From Myxococcales bacterium (GTDB taxonomy: Bacteria; Desulfobacterota; Binatia; HRBIN30): a DNA stretch of 64,000 bases. The stretch's first letter is position 1. Each line of letters opens with the position of its first letter. The stretch is taken from assembly GCA_037445065.1 (NCBI GenBank), contig JBBILD010000007.1, positions 128,001-192,000 on the forward strand. The letters run 5' to 3'. The position numbers were made by a program, and so were the translations under genes. Under the pieces are notes generated by a model. It was not told the origin of the DNA. It worked only from the letters and a program-made list of their open reading frames with translations, and searched no databases. This document shows, one piece after another, positions 9,428-17,758 of this stretch.

Positions 9428-10912
9428 TCAGCGCGCTTGTGCCGCAGCGATAGGCGTGACCTTGGCTTTCTTCCGTACCGGGCGCTGTACTCGCTTTTCC
9501 TTGGCTCGCGCCGCTTCTTGCAGCTCGCGGAAGGCGTGCTCGATGTCGAGAATGAAGTCGTGTAGATCGGGGAAGTGTTCCCAGTCGGCGTTGACGCCCC
9601 AGAACAAGCCGCCGTTGTAGCTGAAGAGCCCCACCACCACGCCTAAATTTTCGAACAAGGGAACCACGGGGTACGCGGTCTTCATCTCGGCGCCAAGCAA
9701 GTACAAGGGAAGCTGCGGCCCCGGTACGTTGGTGACAATCAGATTGTAAGGGCGGGTACGGGTGGCTAAACGCACCGCTTGCACAAGCAGGTTCGGCACC
9801 GTCCACTCGCTGATTGCAGTGAGGACTTCACCGCCCAACGCTTGTTTCGATTCTTTGAGGTCTTTGGTCGTCTCCGTCACCGCGTGCAGGCGAGCCACTG
9901 GATCGGCAATGTGCACCGGCAGAGGAGCGCCGATTTGGGTGACACGATTGCCAAGCTTGCCCCGCTCGTCGTGAGCGCGCACGCTCACCGGTACCATCGC
10001 GCGAATATCCAGCTCGTCCGGATCGAGCCCTCGGCGCGCAAAAAACCGGCGCAGTGCCCCGGAGACGGTGGCAAGGACCACGTCATTGACGGTGCCGCCC
10101 AAGACGCGTTTGACGTCTTTCACCTCGGCGAGCGGCATGTCGGTCCAGTCGAATCGCCGGTGGGGGCCGACCTCTACTTGCAGCGGCGTGCGTGAAACCG
10201 GACTCAGCGCCGGGGCAAGCGTTTCGATAATGCCTTCGACCACGTCGGCGATCTGATGCACTTTTTGCTCGGGGTTGCGCAACGTATCCAAGACCGCCTT
10301 CGCCAACTCGAGTGGTTGCTCCGCGCGTCGTACGAGTTCGTCCAGGATCAGTTGCCGTCGCGTGGGTTGGGGGCGCGGAGTCCAAGGCTCGGGAACCCCG
10401 GGATCGTCTTCCGGGAAGGGGCTGAGGATGACCGACATGAGGTCCGCTCCGGAGATGCCGTCCACCATGCAGTGGTGGGTCTTACTGACCAGCGCAAAAC
10501 GGTTCCCTTGCAAGCCCTCGACGACCCACATCTCCCACAGCGGGCGCTTGCGGTCCAACGGTTGCGACATGATCCTCCCGACCAAGCGCTTGAGCACGCG
10601 CTCGTCCCCCGGGTGTGGGAGCGCGGTGTGGCGCACGTGGTAGGCTAAGCGAAAGCGGTTGTCATCTACCCAGATGGGGTGGTTTTCGTATGGGATGTAT
10701 GCGATTCGCTGGCGGAAGCGGGGCACCAAGTGCAAGCGAGCATGGATGGCAGCGCGGATTTTTTCGATGTCAACGCCGCCCTCTGGACTGCGCAGCGGCT
10801 CGGCGTCGAATAAACAAACCGCCCCCACGTGCATGTGGCAGTTGCTGTCTTCGAGCCCCAAGAAGGAAGCATCTAACGCGCTCAGTCGTTCGTAGTACGG
10901 TTTGCTTTCCAT
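9428..10912 (-). CDS. Wax ester synthase/diacylglycerol O-acyltransferase (WS/DGAT)
   Basis: Start reassigned to MESKPYYERLSALDASFL (RBS AGGAGG). Catalytic HHCMVDG, PLWEMWVVEGL, VTNVPGP. Confidence 0.93.
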   Translation of the reverse strand: MESKPYYERLSALDASFLGLEDSNCHMHVGAVCLFDAEPLRSPEGGVDIEKIRAAIHARLHLVPRFRQRIAYIPYENHPIWVDDNRFRLAYHVRHTALPHPGDERVLKRLVGRIMSQPLDRKRPLWEMWVVEGLQGNRFALVSKTHHCMVDGISGADLMSVILSPFPEDDPGVPEPWTPRPQPTRRQLILDELVRRAEQPLELAKAVLDTLRNPEQKVHQIADVVEGIIETLAPALSPVSRTPLQVEVGPHRRFDWTDMPLAEVKDVKRVLGGTVNDVVLATVSGALRRFFARRGLDPDELDIRAMVPVSVRAHDERGKLGNRVTQIGAPLPVHIADPVARLHAVTETTKDLKESKQALGGEVLTAISEWTVPNLLVQAVRLATRTRPYNLIVTNVPGPQLPLYLLGAEMKTAYPVVPLFENLGVVVGLFSYNGGLFWGVNADWEHFPDLHDFILDIEHAFRELQEAARAKEKRVQRPVRKKAKVTPIAAAQAR

Positions 10913-11077
10913 GCCCCTGGTTCCTCCTGCAACCGCTTCTCCTAGCACGGGACCTCTACCGCACGGAAGGAGCACAGTAGGCAAACGGTGGAGAACACGA
11001 ATCCCCTCGGGGTGGCTGTGAAGCAGGTTGTTGGGGACGGGCCGCACCGACCTGTGGTAGGTGAGCGGGGAGGCGGA

Positions 11078-12268
11078 ATGAGCTGGCGGAAAAAATTGAT
11101 GTGGCTTTCCGTCTTGTACGCGGCGGAGGGTCTGCCCATGGGTGTGTACGCCGATGTGGTGCCGGTGTTTTTGCGCCAGCAGCAGGCTTCGCTCGCCGTG
11201 ATCGGCCTGCTGAGCCTGCTCGGACTCCCCTGGAGCTTGAAGCTCTTGTGGTCGCCGCTGGTGGACCGTTTCCCCAGGTATCAACGTTGGATTGTGGGTT
11301 GTTTGGCCGTGGTCACAGTCTCACTGGTGGTTCTGGCGCAAAACGCCGACGGTGGTGGGCTTCCCGTGGTCTTGGTGGCACTCGGCTTGTTGTGTCTGGC
11401 CAGTGCCACGCAAGACATCGCTATTGATGCTTACTCGATCCAACTTGTAGCGCGCGGGGAAGAGGGAATGGCAAACGGTGTGCGCTTGGCCGCCTACCGC
11501 GTAGCGCTGATTGCCGCGGGTGGGGGAGCCATGTTGTTGGTGCGTCCCTACGGCTGGGCAGTGACCTTCGCTGCCATTGCCGCAGTGACTCTCCTGCTAG
11601 CGGCTACCATTGCCGCCAGCCCGCGCGTGGCGGTTCCTCACAATGCGAGCACGCGAGCATGGGCGGCAGCGCTCTGGCGCTGGCTGCGCCGCCCGGGTGC
11701 GCTTTCTGTGTTCGCGTTTGCCCTCGTTTACAAACTCGGCGATGCCAGCATGGGCCCCATGATCAAGCCGTTTTGGGTGGATCGCGGATTGTCCACGGAC
11801 GAGATCGCCATCGTTTCTACCACGATGGGTGCCTTGGCCACCATTGCTGGTTCGCTTGCTGGCGGCTGGTACACGAGTCGCGCTGGGATTTTGCGCGCCT
11901 TGTGGGTGTTGGGTCTCGCGCAAGCGCTCTCCAACTTGGGGTACGCTGCAGCGGCGGGCTTGGAGGTCGGCCGCGCAGGGATTTACGCGGCATCGGTCAC
12001 GGAGAGCTTTTGTGGCGGCTTGGGCAGTGCAGCCTTCCTGGCCTTTTTGATGCGTGCCTGCGAGCGGGAACGAGCGGCCACCGAATATGCCTTGCTCTCG
12101 GCGCTGTTCTCCTCGGCGCGCCTGTTCGCCGGTGCGCCGAGCGGGTACTTTGCCGAAGCCATGGGTTACGCGGGATACTTTGGTTTTACAGCTGCACTCG
12201 CCCTGCCTGGCCTGTTACTCATCCCACGTTTGGCGCCATGGACCGCGGAGGAACAGCAGTCGTCTTGA
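11078..12268 (+). CDS. ampG: AmpG-family muropeptide MFS transporter
   Basis: LYAAEGLPMG, LPWSLKLLWSPLVDR, SATQDIAIDAY, ATEYALLSAL are AmpG-family signatures. Start at MSWRKK (RBS GGGAGG). Confidence 0.8.
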   Translation: MSWRKKLMWLSVLYAAEGLPMGVYADVVPVFLRQQQASLAVIGLLSLLGLPWSLKLLWSPLVDRFPRYQRWIVGCLAVVTVSLVVLAQNADGGGLPVVLVALGLLCLASATQDIAIDAYSIQLVARGEEGMANGVRLAAYRVALIAAGGGAMLLVRPYGWAVTFAAIAAVTLLLAATIAASPRVAVPHNASTRAWAAALWRWLRRPGALSVFAFALVYKLGDASMGPMIKPFWVDRGLSTDEIAIVSTTMGALATIAGSLAGGWYTSRAGILRALWVLGLAQALSNLGYAAAAGLEVGRAGIYAASVTESFCGGLGSAAFLAFLMRACERERAATEYALLSALFSSARLFAGAPSGYFAEAMGYAGYFGFTAALALPGLLLIPRLAPWTAEEQQSS

Positions 12269-13245
12269 GACACGAGCGCCGGTTTCTGTTGCGGCTTTGT
12301 CTCGTGGTTTATCTGCTGGTCGGGTTGGTTGTTGACCCAGTGGCTAGGGCCCAGCGGGGTCCGCAAACAACCGTGCGCGAGTTCTGCCGTTTGGACGCCA
12401 TGGGCGCGCGAGCAACGCTCCAGGGCTGGCCGCAAGTGGCACCGCTCGTTGCGTGGCCGTCGGAGCCGGCATGGGACCGAGTGGTGCTCATCACCAGCTA
12501 CACGGTGGGCTGGCCCGTCGCGGAAGAAGAGGGACAGTTCGCGATCGAGGTGCGATACGCGGTGCAAGGCGTCGTCACCGCAGCGGGCCTGCGCGAAGAA
12601 GCGCACGTGGAAAGCCGCCTCTTTCGCGTCGCGCCTATGCCCGATGGCTTGTGGCGGATCACAGGGCCACCCCCACCGCCCCACATCTTTGCGCACAACG
12701 CCGACGCCAGTGGCGTGCAACGCTCGTTGGCCGCGGGTGGCGTGAACTTCGTGGCGAATTCGACCTTCGTGCACTGGCTGTTTGGTGAGGCAGGATGGGA
12801 GGTCCCGCTGCTCTCCACCCTGGAATTCGAGCACTCCGATCGCTTCCATGTCGTGAAGGAGCCTCGCCCGGGAGATCTCGTGTTGTACTTTGACGGTTCG
12901 CAGCCGTACCATGTGGGGGTCTTGGAGCAGGAAGGAGTGGTGGTGTCCTCGACGCTGAACGGTGGGGTCGTGCGTACGTCGGTCGAGACGTTTGCCGGCG
13001 AGCGGAAGTTCTTGCGCTTGGTCGAGCCTGAGCCCCTGCCAACGCTAACGCCGACTCCGCTCTTGCCTCGTGCCCTACCTACCTATGCAAGAAAGGCCGC
13101 CAAGCTGCCGGCCCCAGCGCAGCGCCCGCTTTGGAACGCGAGAGCAGCGCAACAAAAGGCGCACAAGCGCGTTTTCGCAGCGAAGCCGGCGGGGAAAACA
13201 TCTACCCCCGCGCGAGAGAAAAAATCGGGAGGAATCGAGCGATGA
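12265..13245 (+). CDS. Exported protein with a degenerate NlpC/P60-like domain and basic Pro-rich tail
   Basis: TTG start overlapping the ampG stop (RBS GGAGGA). N-terminal hydrophobic signal. ANSTFVHWLF...PGDLVLYF...YHVGV aligns with NlpC/P60 DCSGFV...PGDLVFF...HVGI. Confidence 0.6.
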   Translation: MRHERRFLLRLCLVVYLLVGLVVDPVARAQRGPQTTVREFCRLDAMGARATLQGWPQVAPLVAWPSEPAWDRVVLITSYTVGWPVAEEEGQFAIEVRYAVQGVVTAAGLREEAHVESRLFRVAPMPDGLWRITGPPPPPHIFAHNADASGVQRSLAAGGVNFVANSTFVHWLFGEAGWEVPLLSTLEFEHSDRFHVVKEPRPGDLVLYFDGSQPYHVGVLEQEGVVVSSTLNGGVVRTSVETFAGERKFLRLVEPEPLPTLTPTPLLPRALPTYARKAAKLPAPAQRPLWNARAAQQKAHKRVFAAKPAGKTSTPAREKKSGGIER

Positions 13246-13925
13246 ACACGAAGGAGCAACGTGGCATCTGTGCATTGGTCCTACTGGCACTGTTTGCCGG
13301 CTGCGCGAAGAAACCTGTGACGGCGCCGCGTGCGGTGGTGCCAGAGACGATCGCCCAAGAGGTGCGCGTGGTGGCCTCCGAGGGTAAGAACTTCGGCAGC
13401 ATGGTGGCGCTCGGGGTGGGGATGTCGAATGGCTCTAGCCGAACCTACACCGCGGCTGCAGAGCGGATTTATGCTGTGGACGAGCGCGGCTACCGCATCG
13501 CGCCTCTCTCCGTAGAAGAAGCGGCCCGCCAAGCTGGTGGCATCACCGCACTGGTTGCCGGGTTGCAGGGCGCCGGCGCGGGTGCCTTCCTAACCGGGCT
13601 CCTAGGTGCAATCCCTGGGGCCATTATTGGCGCCGCGCAGGGAGGGGCAGAGGGAGCCGGAAAGGGAGCTGCGATCGGGGCCGGAATCGGTGTCGCGGTC
13701 GGGGCAATCGGTGGCTTTCACGAATCGAAGAGCAAGACCGAGGAAGAAATCGTCGAGCAATTGCACGGCCTGTATTTCGGAGAACAAAAACTCAAGCCAG
13801 GTCTGCCGGTGAGCGGCTTCGTGTTTTACCCAGCGGGGCGCTACACCGGGGTACGTGCGGTCCTGGTGGATGAAGAAACCGGCGCCGCGGTGGAAGCCGC
13901 GGGGACGATGGTGGAGCGGCCATGA
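13242..13925 (+). CDS. Lipoprotein with glycine-zipper segment
   Basis: Lipobox LFAG-C. GxxxG-rich GAGAGAFLTGLLGAIPGAIIG...GAAIGAGIGVAVGAIGG. ATGA overlap with the upstream gene. Confidence 0.75.
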   Translation: MNTKEQRGICALVLLALFAGCAKKPVTAPRAVVPETIAQEVRVVASEGKNFGSMVALGVGMSNGSSRTYTAAAERIYAVDERGYRIAPLSVEEAARQAGGITALVAGLQGAGAGAFLTGLLGAIPGAIIGAAQGGAEGAGKGAAIGAGIGVAVGAIGGFHESKSKTEEEIVEQLHGLYFGEQKLKPGLPVSGFVFYPAGRYTGVRAVLVDEETGAAVEAAGTMVERP

Positions 13926-15376
13926 GGGAGGGGCCGATGGCAACTCCTTCTGCTCGTGAAGCCGTAGGAACGGGCGAGCCTCCGGCCTTGGCCGAGACCT
14001 TGGCCCGCTTTGTTTCCGAGACCAGTCGTGCGCAGCTCCCCGCAGTCGTGTTGCGCAAGGTGGCCGCGCATGTGCTGGACACCTTGGGTGTCGCCGCTGC
14101 CGCCGTGAGGACGGAGTTTTGTGCCGCGACTTGGGCAGCTCTCGAGCGAGTGGGGAGTCGCGGTCGAGCCACGTGCATTGGACTCAAGAAAACTTTGGCG
14201 CCGCCCTGGGCGGCTCTGGCCAATGGGATCCTTGCGCACGGGCTCGACTACGATGACACCCACGCGGAAGCGGTGGTGCACGTGAGCGCTCCGGTGGTCA
14301 GCGCAGCGCTGGCGATGGCAGAGGCCCACGGCGCCACCGGCGTTCAGTTGCTCGACGCGGTCGCATTGGGAATGGAGGTCAGTGTACGAGTGGGACTGGC
14401 GGCTCCGGGTGGCTTTCACGACCGCGGCTTTCATCCGACGCCGATTGCCGGCACCTTTGGCGCGACTGCGGCAGTGTGCCGCTTGCTGGAACTCGACGGG
14501 GAGCGCACCTGCTTTGCCTTCGGCTTGGCGGCGAGCCAGGCGGCCGGAACTCTGGAGTTCTTAGGAGATGGTTCCTGGTCGAAACGCCTGCACGCGGGTT
14601 GGGCGGCGCACGCCGGCGTGGTGGCTGCGGCGCTGGCGGCAGAAGGCTTCGTGGGCCCCAAGGGGGCGCTCGACGGCCGTTTTGGTCTCTATCGCACGCA
14701 CCTAGGCGAGCACGGCTGGGACGCGGCGGCGGTGATGCGCGACCTCGGCAAAGAGTGGCGGCTGCAAGAAATCAGCATCAAGCCCTACCCGGCTTGTCAC
14801 ATGACGCACGCGTGTGTGGATGCGGCCCGCGCCTTGCGCGCACGGCACGCGCCTTCCCCGCAGGCGATCGAACGGATCGAATGCTTTGTGCACGAGCGGG
14901 TGTTCCCCGTGATCTGCGAGCCGCGCCAGGCCAAACTCACCCCGCGCACGGACTACGAAGCAAAGTTCAGCTTGCCCTACACAGTGGCCGCCATGTTGGT
15001 GCGGGGGCACTTGGCGATCGAGGACTTCACGCCACAGGCGATTACGGATCCTGCGGTGCTGCAACTGGCGCAGCGGGTAGTCTGCCTGCCGGATGCACAG
15101 AGCCGGTACCCACGGTACTTCGATGGGCGGGTCCGCATCGTCCTCCGTTCGGGCGAGGTGTACGAGCAGGCCGAACCGATCAACCGGGGCCACCCCGAAC
15201 GGCCCCTGTCGCAAGCAGAGGTAGAAGCCAAGTTCCGCGACAACGCGCTTCGTCTCCTGTCGGAACGCAACACTGAGCGGGTACTGCAGTGGCTTTCGGT
15301 GTTTCCGCAGCATGAGTTGGTTGCGCATCTTACCCGCTGGCTACGATCTTCGCGCCGCAGGGAGCTGCGGCGCTAA
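13922..15376 (+). CDS. MmgE/PrpD family protein
   Basis: AALANGILAHGLDYDDTH, RGFHPT, IKPYPACHMTH, AKFSLPY, RGHPERPLS...KF. Confidence 0.92.
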   Translation: MREGPMATPSAREAVGTGEPPALAETLARFVSETSRAQLPAVVLRKVAAHVLDTLGVAAAAVRTEFCAATWAALERVGSRGRATCIGLKKTLAPPWAALANGILAHGLDYDDTHAEAVVHVSAPVVSAALAMAEAHGATGVQLLDAVALGMEVSVRVGLAAPGGFHDRGFHPTPIAGTFGATAAVCRLLELDGERTCFAFGLAASQAAGTLEFLGDGSWSKRLHAGWAAHAGVVAAALAAEGFVGPKGALDGRFGLYRTHLGEHGWDAAAVMRDLGKEWRLQEISIKPYPACHMTHACVDAARALRARHAPSPQAIERIECFVHERVFPVICEPRQAKLTPRTDYEAKFSLPYTVAAMLVRGHLAIEDFTPQAITDPAVLQLAQRVVCLPDAQSRYPRYFDGRVRIVLRSGEVYEQAEPINRGHPERPLSQAEVEAKFRDNALRLLSERNTERVLQWLSVFPQHELVAHLTRWLRSSRRRELRR

Positions 15377-15389
15377 GCCCGACGCTTGC

Positions 15390-16229
15390 ATGCCTGTCCC
15401 GATTCGCGTGCCGTTTTACCCGCACCTCCGTGCCCATGAGCTGCTGAGTTGCGAGGGCGAGGCCATCCACGACGGCGGCTATTTCTCCCTCGCCGAGCGC
15501 ATGACCTCCGAGCCTGTGCTCGTTCGCTTTGCACCCCGCGATGGCTGGGTCTTGGACGCTGGTTGCGGTGGGGGACGCTGGCTGCACCGCTTGCAGAAGG
15601 CTGGTTGCCGCGTCCTGGGCATGGACTTCGCTGCTGATGTCCTGGGAGCGGTACGCCAGCGCTTGCACTCGGTGCCCTTGCTGCGCGGGCGGGCCGAGCG
15701 GCTGCCCTTTGCGAGCAACTCTCTGGCCGGCATTGTGTCGCTGGGGGTCGTAGAACACGACCCAGAAGGTCCGCAGCGGTTTTTGCGCGAGTACGCGCGC
15801 GTACTGCGCCCGGGCGGGCGGCTGCTCGTTTCTGTGCCGTACAACAACGGCCTGCGGCGGCTTTGGTTCAATCACCGGTATCGGCGTCGCGATCGGCGAC
15901 TTTCTGGAGAAGCGTACCAGTTCGTCGAGTACCGCTTCTCCCGGCGCGAGATGGAAAGCGAGCTCGTGCGATCGGGTCTGGTGCCGATTGCCTGCTGCCC
16001 GCACGACTTTTACCCTCCGTTGAACATGTCAGTGGTCGCCGATCAAAACATGCTCGCCATCCGCTTCGAACGAACCGCGGCTGGCTATGAATTGCGCTTG
16101 CCCCCCACGCGTTCCTGGGAGCTATCCGGTTGGTGGAGGCTGCTCGTGGGCGGGCTGTTCCGGGTATCGCCATGGATGGTTACTGCCGAGATTCTCGTGG
16201 TCGCAGAGAAACGCGAGGTGCTTTCCTGA
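15390..16229 (+). CDS. Class I SAM-dependent methyltransferase
   Basis: VLDAGCGGG motif I, RLPFASNS, RVLRPGG. Confidence 0.85.
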   Translation: MPVPIRVPFYPHLRAHELLSCEGEAIHDGGYFSLAERMTSEPVLVRFAPRDGWVLDAGCGGGRWLHRLQKAGCRVLGMDFAADVLGAVRQRLHSVPLLRGRAERLPFASNSLAGIVSLGVVEHDPEGPQRFLREYARVLRPGGRLLVSVPYNNGLRRLWFNHRYRRRDRRLSGEAYQFVEYRFSRREMESELVRSGLVPIACCPHDFYPPLNMSVVADQNMLAIRFERTAAGYELRLPPTRSWELSGWWRLLVGGLFRVSPWMVTAEILVVAEKREVLS

Positions 16230-16386
16230 GCCGGGCTGCACTGGCTCCTGCGTGTGCGCACTAGTCGCGCTCGTTTTCGCTCGGGACGGAAAGCACGCTG
16301 GAAGATAGGAGGACCGTGTTTCGCAGACGCGAAGCATGCGCGGGAACTTGCTTTCAAAGCAGCGTCGGTGAGGCACAGCGTGGGCG

Positions 16387-17421
16387 ATGCGGGTGAGCGA
16401 AGCACAGGGGGACGGAAAGAGCTGCCTTCCACCGGGTGGCCGCGCCAGGGCCCAAACAATTGCCGGCCGCTTCCTGCTGGTTTTGTTGGGCCTGACGAGT
16501 GGTGTTTTGCTGTTAGAGGCGTCCCTGCACCTCCTTGCTTGGCGACTGGGGCGAGACCCCACGCCCGTCCTTGCTGGTCAAGGAAAGACGGTGCTGGTTA
16601 CCGTTGGCGATTCGAACACGTACGGCTTGTACCTGAGGGAAGAAGAGGCCTACCCGGCGGTTCTCTCCCGACTTTGGCGAGACCATGGAGGACGACCGCC
16701 ATTGGCGGTGGTCAACTTGGGTTATCCGGGAATGAATTCCACATTGCTGGCATCGCAGTTTGGCCGGGTCTTGCAGGAGCTTCGCCCGCGGGTGGTTACC
16801 CTGATGCTCGGGGTCAACGATTTCTGGACGATCCCCATGCCCGCACGGGGAGAAGATGCGGCTGTTGAACGGCTGAGGCGTTGGTTTTGGCAGCATGTGC
16901 GCACGTACCGCCTGTTGTACTTTCTGTTTCGTTCGGCCGAGTTGCACCTGGCGCAGGTGCCACAAGATTTGCGAAGGGTGCGGCCTGGAGAGTTCTTCAC
17001 CCGCTGGTCATCTCGTGCGCGTGTGGGCGAGACGGAGTTGCAGTTGGGCTTCGAAGTGGACGCTGCGGCTGAGGCCCCGGCGTCCGTGCGGGAGACGACA
17101 TTGGCTGCAAACCTCGCTGCGATGGTCGAGGAGGCGCGCCGCAGCGGAGCCTGCGTGTTGTTGCTGACGTATGCGGCCGACGGTGGGCTGTATTGGCTCG
17201 CCAATCAGACCGTCCGTCGCCTGGCGGGCGAATTGGGCGTGGGGCTTGTGGATCTCGCTTCCACGTTCGCACCGCGTTGCCCGGTCCGTGTTGAGGGGAG
17301 CTTGGTTCAAGCAAAGTCGCATTGCCCTCAGTATTTGTTCCCGGACCAACACCCGACCGCGCTAGGGCATCGCGAAATCGCACTGCGGTTATTGGAGCCC
17401 GTTCGCTCGTGCTTGCGGTAG
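16387..17421 (+). CDS. Membrane-anchored SGNH/GDSL hydrolase
   Basis: VGDSNTYG, NLGYPGMNS, LGVNDF, DQHPT. N-terminal transmembrane segment. Confidence 0.85.
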   Translation: MRVSEAQGDGKSCLPPGGRARAQTIAGRFLLVLLGLTSGVLLLEASLHLLAWRLGRDPTPVLAGQGKTVLVTVGDSNTYGLYLREEEAYPAVLSRLWRDHGGRPPLAVVNLGYPGMNSTLLASQFGRVLQELRPRVVTLMLGVNDFWTIPMPARGEDAAVERLRRWFWQHVRTYRLLYFLFRSAELHLAQVPQDLRRVRPGEFFTRWSSRARVGETELQLGFEVDAAAEAPASVRETTLAANLAAMVEEARRSGACVLLLTYAADGGLYWLANQTVRRLAGELGVGLVDLASTFAPRCPVRVEGSLVQAKSHCPQYLFPDQHPTALGHREIALRLLEPVRSCLR

Positions 17422-17758
17422 GTCTGCGGCGTTCGCGGCGAGAGCCCGAGCGCGACTCGGCGGAGCTGTGGATGGCTCGGGATGTCCGCGGGTGCGCGAC
17501 GGCCCCCGGGCAACTGGAGAGCGCACGTCCTGCCGTGATCTCATTTGGCTGCTGTATGCACCGGCAGGGTGAAGCGGCCAGACAAGCCCCCGCTCGGGGT
17601 CCCGGTGCGGCGTACTCCCCGAGGCTCCTGTCGGAGTTCCTCAGCGGTCCGTTGTGAATGACTGCGAAGCGTCCCGGAGCGAGCGGACCCGTGACGGGGC
17701 GGGTTATACATCCGCCCTCCGTTCTTTCGGCGCGGAAAAAGGGCCGCTCCAGTGCCGG

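Noticed and set aside
10913..11284. N-terminal extensions in the ORF track (WS/DGAT to 11284; also 11659, 23046, 24569, 52448, 59282 starts)
   Set aside because: They overlap neighbouring genes. Downstream starts have RBSs, stop/start coupling and family-typical N-termini.
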